Position numbers and translations under genes: made by a program | Part shown: positions 38,759-52,177 of the stretch, piece after piece | How positions within the stretch are numbered: the stretch's first letter is position 1 | Layout: each line of letters starts with the position of its first letter | Notes under the pieces: model-generated | Seen by the model: the letters and a program-made list of their open reading frames with translations, nothing else | Database searches by the model: none | What the model was told of the DNA's origin: nothing | Assembly (NCBI RefSeq): GCF_001194135.2 | Contig: NC_069002.1 | Span: 359,059 to 419,758 of the forward strand | DNA: 60,700 bases | Reading direction: 5' to 3' | Origin: Octopus bimaculoides | Taxonomy: Eukaryota

Positions 38759-40585
38759 AATATATGTCTATCAATATATATGCTGGATTGTATAAACATG
38801 TAATGGAAAAAGGTAGAGAATATTCCATACAGTCAAGAATGTCGTTTTTTGCCGGAAGCAAAAGTTTTGATAGTTAAATACATTTATAAATGTACATAAC
38901 CTATGTATGTATGTATGTATGTGTGTGTGTATGTGTGTGTATGTGTGTGTGTGTGCGTGCAAGTATATTTCTATGTATATACATAAGTATGTATGTGTGT
39001 AGAGCAATATTATTTGTATAATTCATTTTATGATTTGCTAAATATCTACCGATGTACCTGCATATATATATGTGTATACATAAATAAATAAATGATGTAT
39101 ACATCCAGATATACGCACACACACACATACACATACATGCACAACACATCATCCATTTATACTCTTCCATTGTTTTCAAATTTTATAAAAACGCATTTGT
39201 ATAGAAATATTCATTTTAAAACTGAAGCTATATTTGAAATGAAAAAAAAAAAAGAAATAATATGCATATTTACACCCTCACACCCCATACACACACACAT
39301 ATATACACGTACATATATATGTGTGTGCAAGTATATATATATATATATATATATATACATACATACATACATACATATGTGTATATATTTTGACACATGC
39401 ACACACTCACACTCAACACACACATACATACACCCATATACATAGATGGATACNNNNNNNNNNNNNNNNNNNNNNNNNNNNNNNNNNNNNNNNNNNNNNN
39501 NNNNNNNNNNNNNNNNNNNNNNNNNNNNNNNNNNNNNNNNNNNNNNNNNNNNNNNNNNNNNNNNNNNNNNNNNNNNNNNNNNNNNNNNNNNNNNNNNNNN
39601 NNNNNNNNNNNNNNNNNNNNNNNNNNNNNNNNNNNNNNNNNNNNNNNNNNNNNNNNNNNNNNNNNNNNNNNNNNNNNNNNNNNNNNNNNNNNNNNNNNNN
39701 NNNNNNNNNNNNNNNNNNNNNNNNNNNNNNNNNNNNNNNNNNNNNNNNNNNNNNNNNNNNNNNNNNNNNNNNNNNNNNNNNNNNNNNNNNNNNNNNNNNN
39801 NNNNNNNNNNNNNNNNNNNNNNNNNNNNNNNNNNNNNNNNNNNNNNNNNNNNNNNNNNNNNNNNNNNNNNNNNNNNNNNNNNNNNNNNNNNNNNNNNNNN
39901 NNNNNNNNNNNNNNNNNNNNNNNNNNNNNNNNNNNNNNNNNNNNNNNNNNNNNNNNNNNNNNNNNNNNNNNNNNNNNNNNNNNNNNNNNNNNNNNNNNNN
40001 NNNNNNNNNNNNNNNNNNNTGCATATATATATGTATAAATACAGACATATATACAAGCATATGTTTATATATACTTATGCATTAATATTTATACACATAT
40101 ACGTATATATATCCATATATAAATGTGCATATATATATGTACGTACATGTGCGTTGTGTATGTGTGTGTGTGTGTTTGTATACACACATTTACTTTTACA
40201 AACTTTCAATTTACTTTTCAATTCCAGTTTGTGATTTGCTCTTTGGCGGTAAATTTTCTTTTGGTAATTCATATATATTTATAACTTTTTTTAAAGCACA
40301 CACACAAACACACACACACACACACACACATGTATATATATAATATTATATTTCTAATTCCTTCTTCTTTGCAGGGTTTATCTAATTCATTTATTTATTT
40401 ATTGCTTAATGGAATTTTCTGGAATTTTGTAGCTGAACACAATATTGCTTCGCCGTTCTTGGAAAGAGCTATTCCTTATTAAATATAAGTTGGCATTCTA
40501 TATTTGCACTGTTTCCTACGCAATCGCACATGCATGCACACGCACACAGTATTCATGCGCTTATACGTATATGTATGTGTGTGTG

Positions 40586-40637
<52 letters not shown>

Positions 40638-41503
40638 CGCGAGTGTATGTATTTATATACAATAGAAGTGTACAATATGATATATCCAGTGCGGCCATTA
40701 CAGCCGATCTTACCAATAGGTTTCGCATTAAGAGTTCAATGAGATGTTGTGTAACAGGCCAATTATGTAACCCAGCGCTCTTCAGAGAAGGCAGTCATGC
40801 AAGAATATGCGGCGACTGGATATAAAATACTGTATACGTCAATTATTATATCAATCTATTGACTAATATACAAGGGCATAGTTTTTCTGACTTATGGATT
40901 CTTAGACGGCCAAATCAAGTAATATGTATTAAATGAATTCACAATTTCACTGCTTGTTCTTAATTTCATTCATATACTGTACGACCCTGTGTCATGTACA
41001 AATTGGCCAGTTCTGAATCCATTCACACAGACCATCTTTCGAAAGCTAACACGATGCGTAAATACATATGGCGAAAAGTTCTTTGCTTTGGATAGAAGAA
41101 AATACAGGAGGATCAGTTAATTGTGATTTTATTCAACATATTCCCCTCTCAGATTCACACACTTATTGCAGCGGTCCTTCATTTTTCTAAGCCCTGTAAA
41201 AGAACTCGGGATGTTGGGCCTTACACGTTACGCTTAAAACCAGGCACATTTCAGCACAACCTCGTACATACATATATACATAATATCCGTATTTATCCAA
41301 GATTTTTGAGTGATGTAACCCTTCAACGCCGATCCAGAATATTTATGATAGAACGTGTTCCAACTAAAAGAACCATTCAGTTCTTTTAGCAATCCGTCAT
41401 CCATCGCGACTTTTCGTTGCTTAAAACTGTAACGGGAGAGACGGAATGATATGATGTTTCATAATCTCTGGGAACTTTGGTGGTATGTAGGTGTGAAAAT
41501 CAC

Positions 41504-41607
<104 letters not shown>

Positions 41608-41648
41608 GTCTGTCCAGTCTGTGTCTATATCTCTCTCCATCTATGTAC

Positions 41649-41701
<53 letters not shown>

Positions 41702-43669
41702 TTTACACGCCTATATATGTGTATATGTATAGTTATATGCGTATATGTATATATAAACATATCTATGCATATCTATGTATATGTATGTATGTATCTATCT
41801 ATATATATGCACACATGCATACATGCATACACACACACACACACATATGCATCGGTTGCAGCTTTTTGCTTTCGATGTGTTTTGCTAAGTACGCTACTTG
41901 AAAGACAGTGAACCACTTTGATGTCGAACCGTTCACATTTTCCAACGGCTCATGCATCAATGGCGGACAGCGACATTATATTTCTATTAATTCAGTTGTA
42001 ACGAAGATTCCAACAGAACAGAACCTAACGTAATAAACAGCTTCACTCTAATGACAACAAAACTGAACGATCAGCCTATAACCGCCCCAGCATTTAGCTT
42101 TGGAGCACACACACACACACGTGTCCGCCTACACACATACACGCACTAACACCAGCGCATTGCATCCGTATCTGCCTCCCCCTACAGACCCAATGATTCT
42201 TTGGAAAATATGGACGACTCAACATCAAAGTGGTTAAAAGCTTACCAAGTCGTGTATTTAACAAAATATTCATACATGCGAGCAAGCATACACACACGTG
42301 CGAACACGTACTCATACGCACACATATATTCCCGTGTATTTATCTTGTTTGTCAGCCTGGCTATCTTCCTGTGTATATGCTTGTATATGCATTTATGCAT
42401 GTGTGTGTGCGTGCGTACGTGTGTGTGTGTGTAATTTACTTTTGGACATGCCTCTGTGGGTAAATTTTCTAATAGTTTCAACGTGTTTACCATTTTTGTC
42501 ATTGAATCCTTTGTGACAATTGCGATTATGTGAGAAGCGATCCGTCGATTCGTACGGAACTCTTCACTCTCCCCACACTTAATACATGATAGGTGGAGCC
42601 ACTGCTTTAACATCACCACCAGACTGTTGGGTGTCTTTAACAGAGTCCAGTCTGTTGCAATGCATCTAGTCAAATTTTCCAAAATCTATTCCGAAGGATC
42701 TGGATTTAGCTGCTTGCGTATTTGTAAAAAAATTTCCATATTCATGATTCCTTTCATTCGTTGGATTTTAGAAATAAGCTAATTTCAAATTGTTTCACTA
42801 AAACGAATTTATTTTACGAAATTCTATTCTGTTAATGGTTGGATGGGAATTTGGCTGCTATTTCTAACTACTTGAGTAACCTGGTAGACGTTCCCTCATT
42901 TGCTCGATGTTGATGCTGATCAGGATGCTGCTGCTGCTGCTGCTGCTGACAATTATGAGGCGGAAGTGATATGAGACACAAGGCTGTATATATTTTTCAG
43001 GGAAAAGGTAGATAGGGTTTACCTTTTGAAGGCGAACGCTTAATCACTGACTGTTCCCATGACTGAGAGTCAATTACATCACGTGACCAGTTGCTGCTAT
43101 TTGTGTTAAATCATAGATGAAAGTCAACTCGAAATAAAATTCGTAGAAAAAGTGTCAGTTCTGTTAATGCTTTGTCGAAATTGTCTCCTTTTACCAACTT
43201 AATAACTGGGAACCTGATAAAAAGCAAAAGAATTTCCGAGATTTAATTTGAAGAGTGGTCTAGCAAGAGTCTTGTAGATTTGATCCGACCCAGTACTTTA
43301 CTGGTACTTGTTTAATTAACACCCCACTTGATGGGGGTCAATGAAAATGGAAGTAACAAGAAAATTTTTTTTTTTTTGTACAGGATTCAATCATTTTGGT
43401 GTATTTTTCTATCTTTACGTTTTGGGCTCAAATCCCGATGATATCGACCTTTTATTTCATCGGATCGATTAAATAATATATCATTCAAATAGAGTAATGG
43501 AAAATGATCAATTGCTTATTCTCCCTGCTGGCCGCGCCACCATCGTGAGTTCAAATTCCATCATGATTTACTTTTCCCCCACCATGCAACCTGGACCGAT
43601 GCAATAAGCACCAATAAAATATTAGTTATGTGGGGCCTCATGTCAATTAATAAACACCTTTTTTGTCTG

Positions 43670-45410
43670 ATCTTTTATGATAATATTCAATTATTTGTGT
43701 AGTGCTTTATCTTTGCAATCTTTCATCCGACACAAGCCTGACCTTCCTACTTCTAATAATAGCGGTTCTGTGGCATTTTTTACATACCATGCTATGTTGT
43801 TTTCTTCTGCTCTAATGCTGTGTTCGCATCCAATAAGTCCTCTTCCCCCTCTTTTTCTTGGTACATACAGTCTGTTTGTGTCACTTTTTGGGTGGAGTGA
43901 CCCATATCTAGCTAGCAACTTCCTTGTCTTTCTGTCTAAGCTGTTTAGTTCGTCTACTGACCATGCGATTATCCTTGCTCAATATCTAAGGAGTGAAACT
44001 GCCCAGGTGTTGATAGCTTCGATCTTATTCCTTCCGTTTAATTTCGACTTAACGATCAGTCTCAGTCTGAGTACAGTTTTATCTATCAGGAGTTGATCCT
44101 TGGTACCTCTGCACTTACACTTGCAACCCTTCTGCTCATGTGGCAGGACTCCATTTTTTCCAGATGTTCGTACATTGACTCTGCGAGTATTCCAGTCAAT
44201 AACTTCTACATAAGTGGCAAACAGGCTATCGGCCTGTAATTGTCTACCGTATTGCCTTTTCGATGTTTTTCAGGCACAGCACTGTCCTACTCAATGTCGA
44301 CCACTCTGGTGTTGCTTGGTCGGCATTTAACAAGGTGTTGAGTTGTGCAGCGATTCGTGCATGACATTCACCAAATCTTTTGATCCAGTAGCCTTGAACT
44401 CTATCTGGTCCCGGGGCCTTCCAGTTACTTATTTTCTTGCAACCATTCAGCATCCTTCTTGTGCTCCTTGTCTTTGCTCCAGATGTCACTCCCAAACCTT
44501 TGACTTTCAATGTTATCTGGTATCAACTTTTCATCTGTACACTCTCCATTTATTTCTTTATAGAATCTCTTCTGATCTACTCTGAATAACCTATTCTGGT
44601 GCTAACCCTTCATTCTTTGGTCGTATCTTATCATCTTTGCTTTCTTTGCAACGAGGGGCTGTTTCAGTTCCTTCACTACTACTTTCAGGCCCTTTCTTTC
44701 AATATTATACGTCCTTTTCAGTGCCCTGTATTTTTGTTCGCTTTTAAGCTCCCCTTTCGCTTTTTGGTCTAACGCAGAGATTTCCTTCGAGAACATGTCT
44801 AACCCTGCCTGGATTCTTCTTTTCCACCATGGATATTTTCTTTTGTCACTCCCATTATGTTTCTTTTTCTTGACATCAACACCCACGTTTTCTGCTACAA
44901 CAATTCTTGCTGCCTTGATCGAATTATTTGTTTCTCTGATGTTGTTTGTTCTGATGTATTTCAGAATTTCATTGACATTTTTCGTTTCTTGGTTCAATTT
45001 CCATCGAAATGTCGCTATCGTTCTCCTGTAGTCTTGCCTTTATTCAGTCGTAGATTGCCTTTTGTTCATCTGTCATGTTGCCATTAGTTTTATCGTCTTC
45101 TTTTAGATCATCTATATGTCTCTCATCAAGTAAACTACCACCGCTGCTTTCCTGTGCTATGGAATTACTCTTATTAGAAAGAACTGTATTTTCATTGTTA
45201 TCTCTGCTGCTATTTTCCATGACCCGTCTTTTGATAGCTTCGAGCTCTACTTCTGTGAACCAACAATTTTTTCTTATTGCTCTAGCTTGATCACATAGTC
45301 TCTGTTCGTGATTTGAAACAATCCCTTTTCTCTCCAATGATCATACATACATTGTCGGTATGTATGAAGGACAGGAGATGTATACTTATCGACATTGCAA
45401 TACATTACGA
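43670..45410 (-). mobile_element. Degenerate Dong/R4-clade (RLE-type) non-LTR retrotransposon: N-terminal, partial RT and thumb regions
   Basis: Broken frames encode YRQCMYDHWREKG/EQRLCDQARAIRKN (N-terminus), NWKAPGPDRVQGYWIK (RT domain 0), [19 protein letters not shown] (RT domain 2) and LHPKSDTNRLYVPRKRGGRGL (thumb). Confidence 0.88.
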
Positions 45411-45420
45411 AAAAAAAAAA

Positions 45421-45805
45421 CATCTCCACCGAAGAAAAAAAAAGCATTGACCAAGAAAAAGGTCTCGAGATCGAAACCAACGGAATGTAGAATACATATA
45501 GAGGCCAAAATAATACCTTTGGTCATTGGAGCAGGTGGACTCGCGGAGAAAGGAATGGAAAAGTTCACCAACCATATCCGGGCAGCATTAATATTTATGA
45601 TGCACAGTACATTGTACGGAGAGTGCTGTCAATGAAATAACATCTTCCTTATAGAGCTCCAGGCCCATAGTTTGGACCCGGCTGTATAGGATATAAAACA
45701 AGAAGTGGAAAAAGAAACAACAACAATAGCTACAACAACGACGACAACAACGATAATAACAATGATGATGATGATGATGATTACGACGCTGATGATAATA
45801 ATAAT
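45421..45805 (+). mobile_element. 3' end of a Dong/R4-clade element (RLE C-terminus, 3'UTR, AAC/GAT/AAT tail), opposite in orientation to the adjacent 5' part
   Basis: With frameshifts it reads NISTEEKKS..GLEIE..M(W)..KIIPLVIGAGG...AQYIVRRVLSMK*, typical of R4/Dong RLE ends. A trinucleotide tail follows. Confidence 0.8.
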
Positions 45806-46000
45806 GGCTTCAAGTTTTGGCACACGACCAGCAAATTAGGAGGAGGGTGTTAGTTGATTACATCGACCCCAGTACTCCACTGGTACTTATTTTATCGACC
45901 TCGAAAGGATGAACGGTAAAGTTGACCTCGCCGGAATTTGAACACTGAACGTAAACACGGACGAAATACCGTTATCTATTTTGCCTGGCTCGCCGCCTTA
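45806..46000 (-). mobile_element. Family A SINE next to the Dong tail
   Basis: Diagnostic motifs present. Confidence 0.8.
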
Positions 46001-46407
46001 ATAATGATGATGATAATAATGATCATAATAATAGTAATAATAATAATTTCTAACATGGGCACAAGACAACATAGTTAGGGAAGGGTGTTCCGATGTATTG
46101 GATTCAGTAGAGCATTGCTGCACTAATTGACCCCCAGCAAGATTAAGAGCAAAGAGAACTTTGGCGTGGTTTGAACTCAGAATATAAAGAAACGTAATTA
46201 AAATCTATTTTCTTCAAACCTTATTTATTCTCTCCATCCCGATCCTAATTTCCAGATAAAGAGAACATAACTAAATGTTGTCAAGCATTTCTAATCTAGG
46301 ATTACTTTCTGCCTATCACTCCACTACCCATTTAATAATAATGATAATAGTTGAGGTAATATTAACAATAATAAAAACGGTAATAATAATACTTGTAGCA
46401 GTAGTAG

Positions 46408-46442
<35 letters not shown>

Positions 46443-46855
46443 TGGAAAATTATAGTAGCAAAAGGAAGCAGGGAAAAGTTGACAGACGGGTTATAACAGA
46501 AACATGAATATACAGCAAAAAAGAGAGGTGACGTGATAAAGAAAGCGATAAAGATGCGACAGAAGCATGAAGACATGCCAATAAATATGGAAACATAAAC
46601 GGAAATAAGCGAAAACGACAATAAAAAAACAACAACAAAAGATCGTATGTGAATAAAGTTTAACTTAAAGAACAAAACAAAAAAGTTAAAAATGGATAAA
46701 TGAAAAAGAAAAAAAAAGTATTCTTTAATCTTTCTTTTAATTTCATTTTGTTGTTGTGATGAAGTTGTTGTTGTTTTACTTTCTAAAGGGGAAATATATT
46801 TTTTGAAAGATCTTTTTGTAAAATAAATAAAAGTCAATTTGCCAAAAAAAAGAAA

Positions 46856-46888
<33 letters not shown>

Positions 46889-48256
46889 TAATAATAATAA
46901 TAATAACAACAACAACAAAGGTCCTGAATAGGTTTTTTTTCTCTTTTTATATATATATTTGATATATAGGGAATTTTGAAGGGAACAGGGGTTGGGTTTA
47001 GGGCAGTGGTGGTTTATGTTTCTTTCAAATGTCCTTTTGGTTTTGGTCTTGATGGTTTGTGGGGGTTAAATGTTATTAAAGGTCAAAGTTCATTTATTCA
47101 GATCAAAGATGTTTTGTGTTTCTTTATTTTTTTATTCGACATTTTTTTTTCCTTTGAGTCAGTTCAAGTTCAGAGAGAGGTGACGTTTGGGGGTGGCATC
47201 AGTGAAGAAAACGTATACGGGGGTGAGGGAAAACCCCCTGAAATGTCCACATTTTATAATTAATTTAAAAAAAATTTGTTTTCCTTATTGTTTTCAAAAA
47301 CAAAAACAATAAAATCCACGACATTGTCACATTTTTCTGTCATTATTCTAATGTTTTTGCTTTTGTTTTTATGCGTTTGCGTGTGTGTGTGTGTGTGCGT
47401 GTGTGTGTGTTTTGTTTTCTTATTGCTGCTGTTTGAAATCTGCTTTGTTCGAGAAAATAGTGATTATGATAATAACCATGAAGATAATGATGATGATGAT
47501 GGCGATGATGATGATGGTGATGACGACGATGATAATGAGAATGGTGTTGATAATGATGATGATGATGATGATGTTGATTTTGGAGTTAGGGTTTTTGTAA
47601 TTTTACTGCTTTTCTTTTTACATTTTATTATGGTTTAGACCCTGGTAAACTCTGATCGGACGAAAGTTCCATGGTCAAAGTCGTTCCAACCGTGAACATC
47701 CCGTCTTCTGAAGGATATGTATGACAACATTATGGAACACGTTCTGTTGTGATATAAACATGGCTTGGACATATGGCGAGAGGGAGACTTGGCTACTACT
47801 TCTAGCAAAAAGAGTGACCACATAGAAGCTTCATCGTCGTCGTCTTAGTAGTAGTAGTAGTAGTAGCTGTAGTTATTGTTGTTATTTTACAGTTGGTACT
47901 GGTCTTAATAATTATTCCGAGAAACACCTGACCGAAGCTCGGGGATGCAGCTTCAGCGATGCTTCTAGGGTCTTAGACGGTTTCGGGTCTTTCAGTATCA
48001 GACCCACTCGCCCTGTTCACTCAGGCTGCTGGTAACATTAATATATATACATATATATATAAACCAGTCTTTATAAATTACTGTTGTTGTCGTCAATATT
48101 GTTTTTGTAACAATTGCTGCTTACAATATGGCTACCGTTTATAATTTTGCTTCCTGTCAATGCATAGCAAAGGCTATATATTGTGTTTATTAATATTTCA
48201 GAAAGGTACGGTTTAAAATATTTCAAATTAAGCTAAGACAAAACAGTTGCTTAGTG

Positions 48257-48318
<62 letters not shown>

Positions 48319-49809
48319 NNNNNNNNNNNNNNNNNNNNNNNNNNNNNNNNNNNNNNNNNNNNNNNNNNNNNNNNNNNNNNNNNNNNNNNNNNNNNNNNNN
48401 NNNNNNNNNNNNNNNNNNNNNNNNNNNNNNNNNNNNNNNNNNNNNNNNNNNNNNNNNNNNNNNNNNNNNNNNNNNNNNNNNNNNNNNNNNNNNNNNNNNN
48501 NNNNNNNNNNNNNNNNNNNNNNNNNNNNNNNNNNNNNNNNNNNNNNNNNNNNNNNNNNNNNNNNNNNNNNNNNNNNNNNNNNNNNNNNNNNNNNNNNNNN
48601 NNNNNNNNNNNNNNNNNNNNNNNNNNNNNNNNNNNNNNNNNNNNNNNNNNNNNNNNNNNNNNNNNNNNNNNNNNNNNNNNNNNNNNNNNNNNNNNNNNNN
48701 NNNNNNNNNNNNNNNNNNNNNNNNNNNNNNNNNNNNNNNNNNNNNNNNNNNNNNNNNNNNNNNNNNNNNNNNNNNNNNNNNNNNNNNNNNNNNNNNNNNN
48801 NNNNNNNNNNNNNNNNNNNNNNNNNNNNNNNNNNNNNNNNNNNNNNNNNNNNNNNNNNNNNNNNNNNNNNNNNNNNNNNNNNNNNNNNNNNNNNNNNNNN
48901 NNNNNNNNNNNNNNNNNNNNNNNNNNNNNNNNNNNNNNNNNNNNNNNNNNNNNNNNNNNNNNNNNNNNNNNNNNNNNNNNNNNNTATTGTGACAATTAAG
49001 TTGAAAACTATAAATAGTAACATGCAAAATAGAACAGAAGAGTTAATTTATCATTTATTAATATTATTATTATTATTATTATCTTTTTTTTTTGAAAGAT
49101 TTTGAGGGAACATGTAGTTATATGACAATGCTTTGGGTGGGTCCAAAAACAAATGGTAAGTTGAAGAAGGATAGTGGAGGGGTGGGAGAAGGAAACATGT
49201 GGCTACATGACAATGTTTTAGTTAAAAAAAAAAAACAAGAAAAAAACCAAATGATTGTCCACCATTTTCTTCACGTGATTTCATCTATTTTTTTTTCAAT
49301 TTCTTCTCGTCTTTATTTTTTATCATTCTCTCTTTCTCTCAATTTTTTCCTTTAAATTCATTTTCTGTTCATATTTGTTTTGTTATATTTCCTTCTTCCA
49401 TTTTATTTCATTCCGAATTTCTTGAAGAAAACCATGCTGTTGTTTATGTTGTTATTCACTTTATTTTTTCTGTTTTATTTTAATCTTTCGTTCTTTCCTT
49501 TCTTCCTTTAGACAGTTTTGGTTGTTACGTTCAATAATTTTCATTATCGACGTTGTTATTTATCATTAACAATCATCTTTATTAATATTATTATCATTAT
49601 TATTGTCATTATTAATGTCATCAACATCATTACCAATAATATTATAATTGTTGGTTATGATGGCCGGTAAGAAAGAAGCCTATAAAATTATCGTTATATC
49701 CTCATTTACGATATTATCGCTATTGTCTTTTTCTGGCTTTCTCTTCTTCAGCTGTAATCTTCACAGTATCTTTACCATTCCTTTCTTTAAATATATGTAC
49801 ATTCATACA

Positions 49810-49819
49810 TACAAACACA

Positions 49820-49886
<67 letters not shown>

Positions 49887-50034
49887 ACTCTCATTATGTT
49901 TTTTCTCTGGGAAAAATTGAACAATTTTCAATGTGTTTATTTTTGTACAGATATATATATATATATATATACATACATATATGTATATATATATATATAT
50001 ATATATACATACATATATGTATATATATATATAT

Positions 50035-50095
<61 letters not shown>

Positions 50096-50205
50096 TACAT
50101 ATATATAAATATACAGATATATATACATACACATACATATATATACACATATACATATATATTTATATATATATACATATATATATACATATATATATAT
50201 ATAAA
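49810..50205. repeat. Compound (TA)n/(TACA) microsatellite with higher-order repeats
   Basis: A block of (TA)n-catacatatatg is repeated. It produces the YIYI ORFs. Confidence 0.9.
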
Positions 50206-51277
50206 TATATTATTTCTTCCTCTTTCAATCTTTCTCTCAAGGATTTTTCCTTCCATTTTTTTCCATTTATTTCGTTCTGTCTTTCTTTCTTAATTTATTC
50301 TTTAATGCCTTCAAAATTTTAATTTGTTTTATTATGGATGTTGTTGTTTCAGAAAATTTTCTTTTCAATTTTTGTGTTGTTTTATTGTTCCTTTTTCGTT
50401 TTTTTTTTTCTGCTGTAGTGAAAATCGTTAACGCTCCAATGTGTGTGTNNNNNNNNNNNNNNNNNNNNNNNNNNNNNNNNNNNNNNNNNNNNNNNNNNNN
50501 NNNNNNNNNNNNNNNNNNNNNNNNNNNNNNNNNNNNNNNNNNNNNNNNNNNNNNNNNNNNNNNNNNNNNNNNNNNNNNNNNNNNNNNNNNNNNNNNNNNN
50601 NNNNNNNNNNNNNNNNNNNNNNNNNNNNNNNNNNNNNNNNNNNNNNNNNNNNNNNNNNNNNNNNNNNNNNNNNNNNNNNNNNNNNNNNNNNNNNNNNNNN
50701 NNNNNNNNNNNNNNNNNNNNNNNNNNNNNNNNNNNNNNNNNNNNNNNNNNNNNNNNNNNNNNNNNNNNNNNNNNNNNNNNNNNNNNNNNNNNNNNNNNNN
50801 NNNNNNNNNNNNNNNNNNNNNNNNNNNNNNNNNNNNNNNNNNNNNNNNNNNNNNNNNNNNNNNNNNNNNNNNNNNNNNNNNNNNNNNNNNNNNNNNNNNN
50901 NNNNNNNNNNNNNNNNNNNNNNNNNNNNNNNNNNNNNNNNNNNNNNNNNNNNNNNNNNNNNNNNNNNNNNNNNNNNNNNNNNNNNNNNNNNNNNNNNNNN
51001 NNNNNNNNNNNNNNNNNNNNNNNNNNNNNNNNNNNNNNNNNNNNNNNNNNNNNNNNNNNNNNNNNNNNNNNNNNNNNNNNNNNNNNNNNNNNNNNNNNNN
51101 NNNNNNNNNNNNNNNNNNNNNNNNNNNNNNNNNNNNNNNNNNNNNNNNNNNNNNNNNNNNNNNNNACGTGACCAATATCGATTACTGGTTGTATTAATTA
51201 TTATTATTATTATTGCATTATTTTTATTGTTTTAATCCTTGCATGTATGTATGTATGTATGTATGTATGTATGTATG

Positions 51278-51337
<60 letters not shown>

Positions 51338-51916
51338 AAAACGCCTTTTGCCCCTTTCAGTGGTCTTTAAGTTAAACGTTCTTCCCCTGAGTAATGTTCC
51401 TTTTTTATTTTCTACGTCTCTTCGGGATCTTGTATGAATGGAATAACCTGACCCCCCCCCTAAAGTTGTTATTTATTCCTTAATTAAGTTACAAGGGTCT
51501 TCACATTTACTCCAACACCAATTTATTACTGGTATATTCGTCATGGAAACACTCAACAGTATTCGACCGTTGTTTGAATTCGATCCAAGCAAGAACTGAA
51601 TTCGGAACACCGAGAGATTTAAATGCTGAGCGTCACTTGCATCAAACATTTTGCCATTGTGCCCGTTGCTCGTTTCTGTCTGAAATTACTCTTCATAATT
51701 TAAAATGTTTATTTTGAAGTTTCAGCAGTTAATTTTCGATTTATTCTTAACTCGTTATATTCTGAGTTAACTCATGACTGCTGTAAAATTACTATCTCTG
51801 AGATGTCAAAGACATGGCCACTGTGACTCCTGTATCCTACTGGACCGTAGCAGGTTGGGGGTAGGGACAGAATGACACCGTTAAAAACTTTGTTATCTTG
51901 TAGTTTATTTTTAGGT

Positions 51917-52177
51917 CAGTGGTTCGCAACCATTTTTAAAAAAATACCTATGGACCCCTTTGAAACCCATCTAAGTCGGGTGAACCCTCATAGCTATTCG
52001 ATGTTTACAAAATCCAATTATATTTTTTAAATTAAATGTTATTAGGAAATGTGTAAAAAAAAACTGTTAAAATATTTTGGGTATTGTAGAAATATAATTG
52101 ATTTATTGCATCCGTTTTAACAACAGAATGCAATATGGGCACCGAAGGGTCACATGAACCCTGGTTGAGAACCACTG
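51917..52177. mobile_element. hAT-type MITE with perfect 8-bp TSD
   Basis: TIRs CAGTGGTTCGCAACC and GGTTGAGAACCACTG (14/15). The TSD TTTTAGGT lies at 51909-51916 and 52178-52185. Confidence 0.9.

Noticed and set aside
42242-42682. 146-aa minus-strand ORF with a CxxC-like segment
   Set aside because: I recognise no family motif and there is no good acceptor. Half of it is microsatellite, so it is possibly a TE remnant.
47968-48025. Minus-strand GGGTCT/AGACCC hairpin followed by GAAACCGTC (half a hammerhead)
   Set aside because: No CUGANGA box adjoins stem II; the nearest CTGAGTGA is too far upstream. It may be a rearranged Penelope-type terminus.
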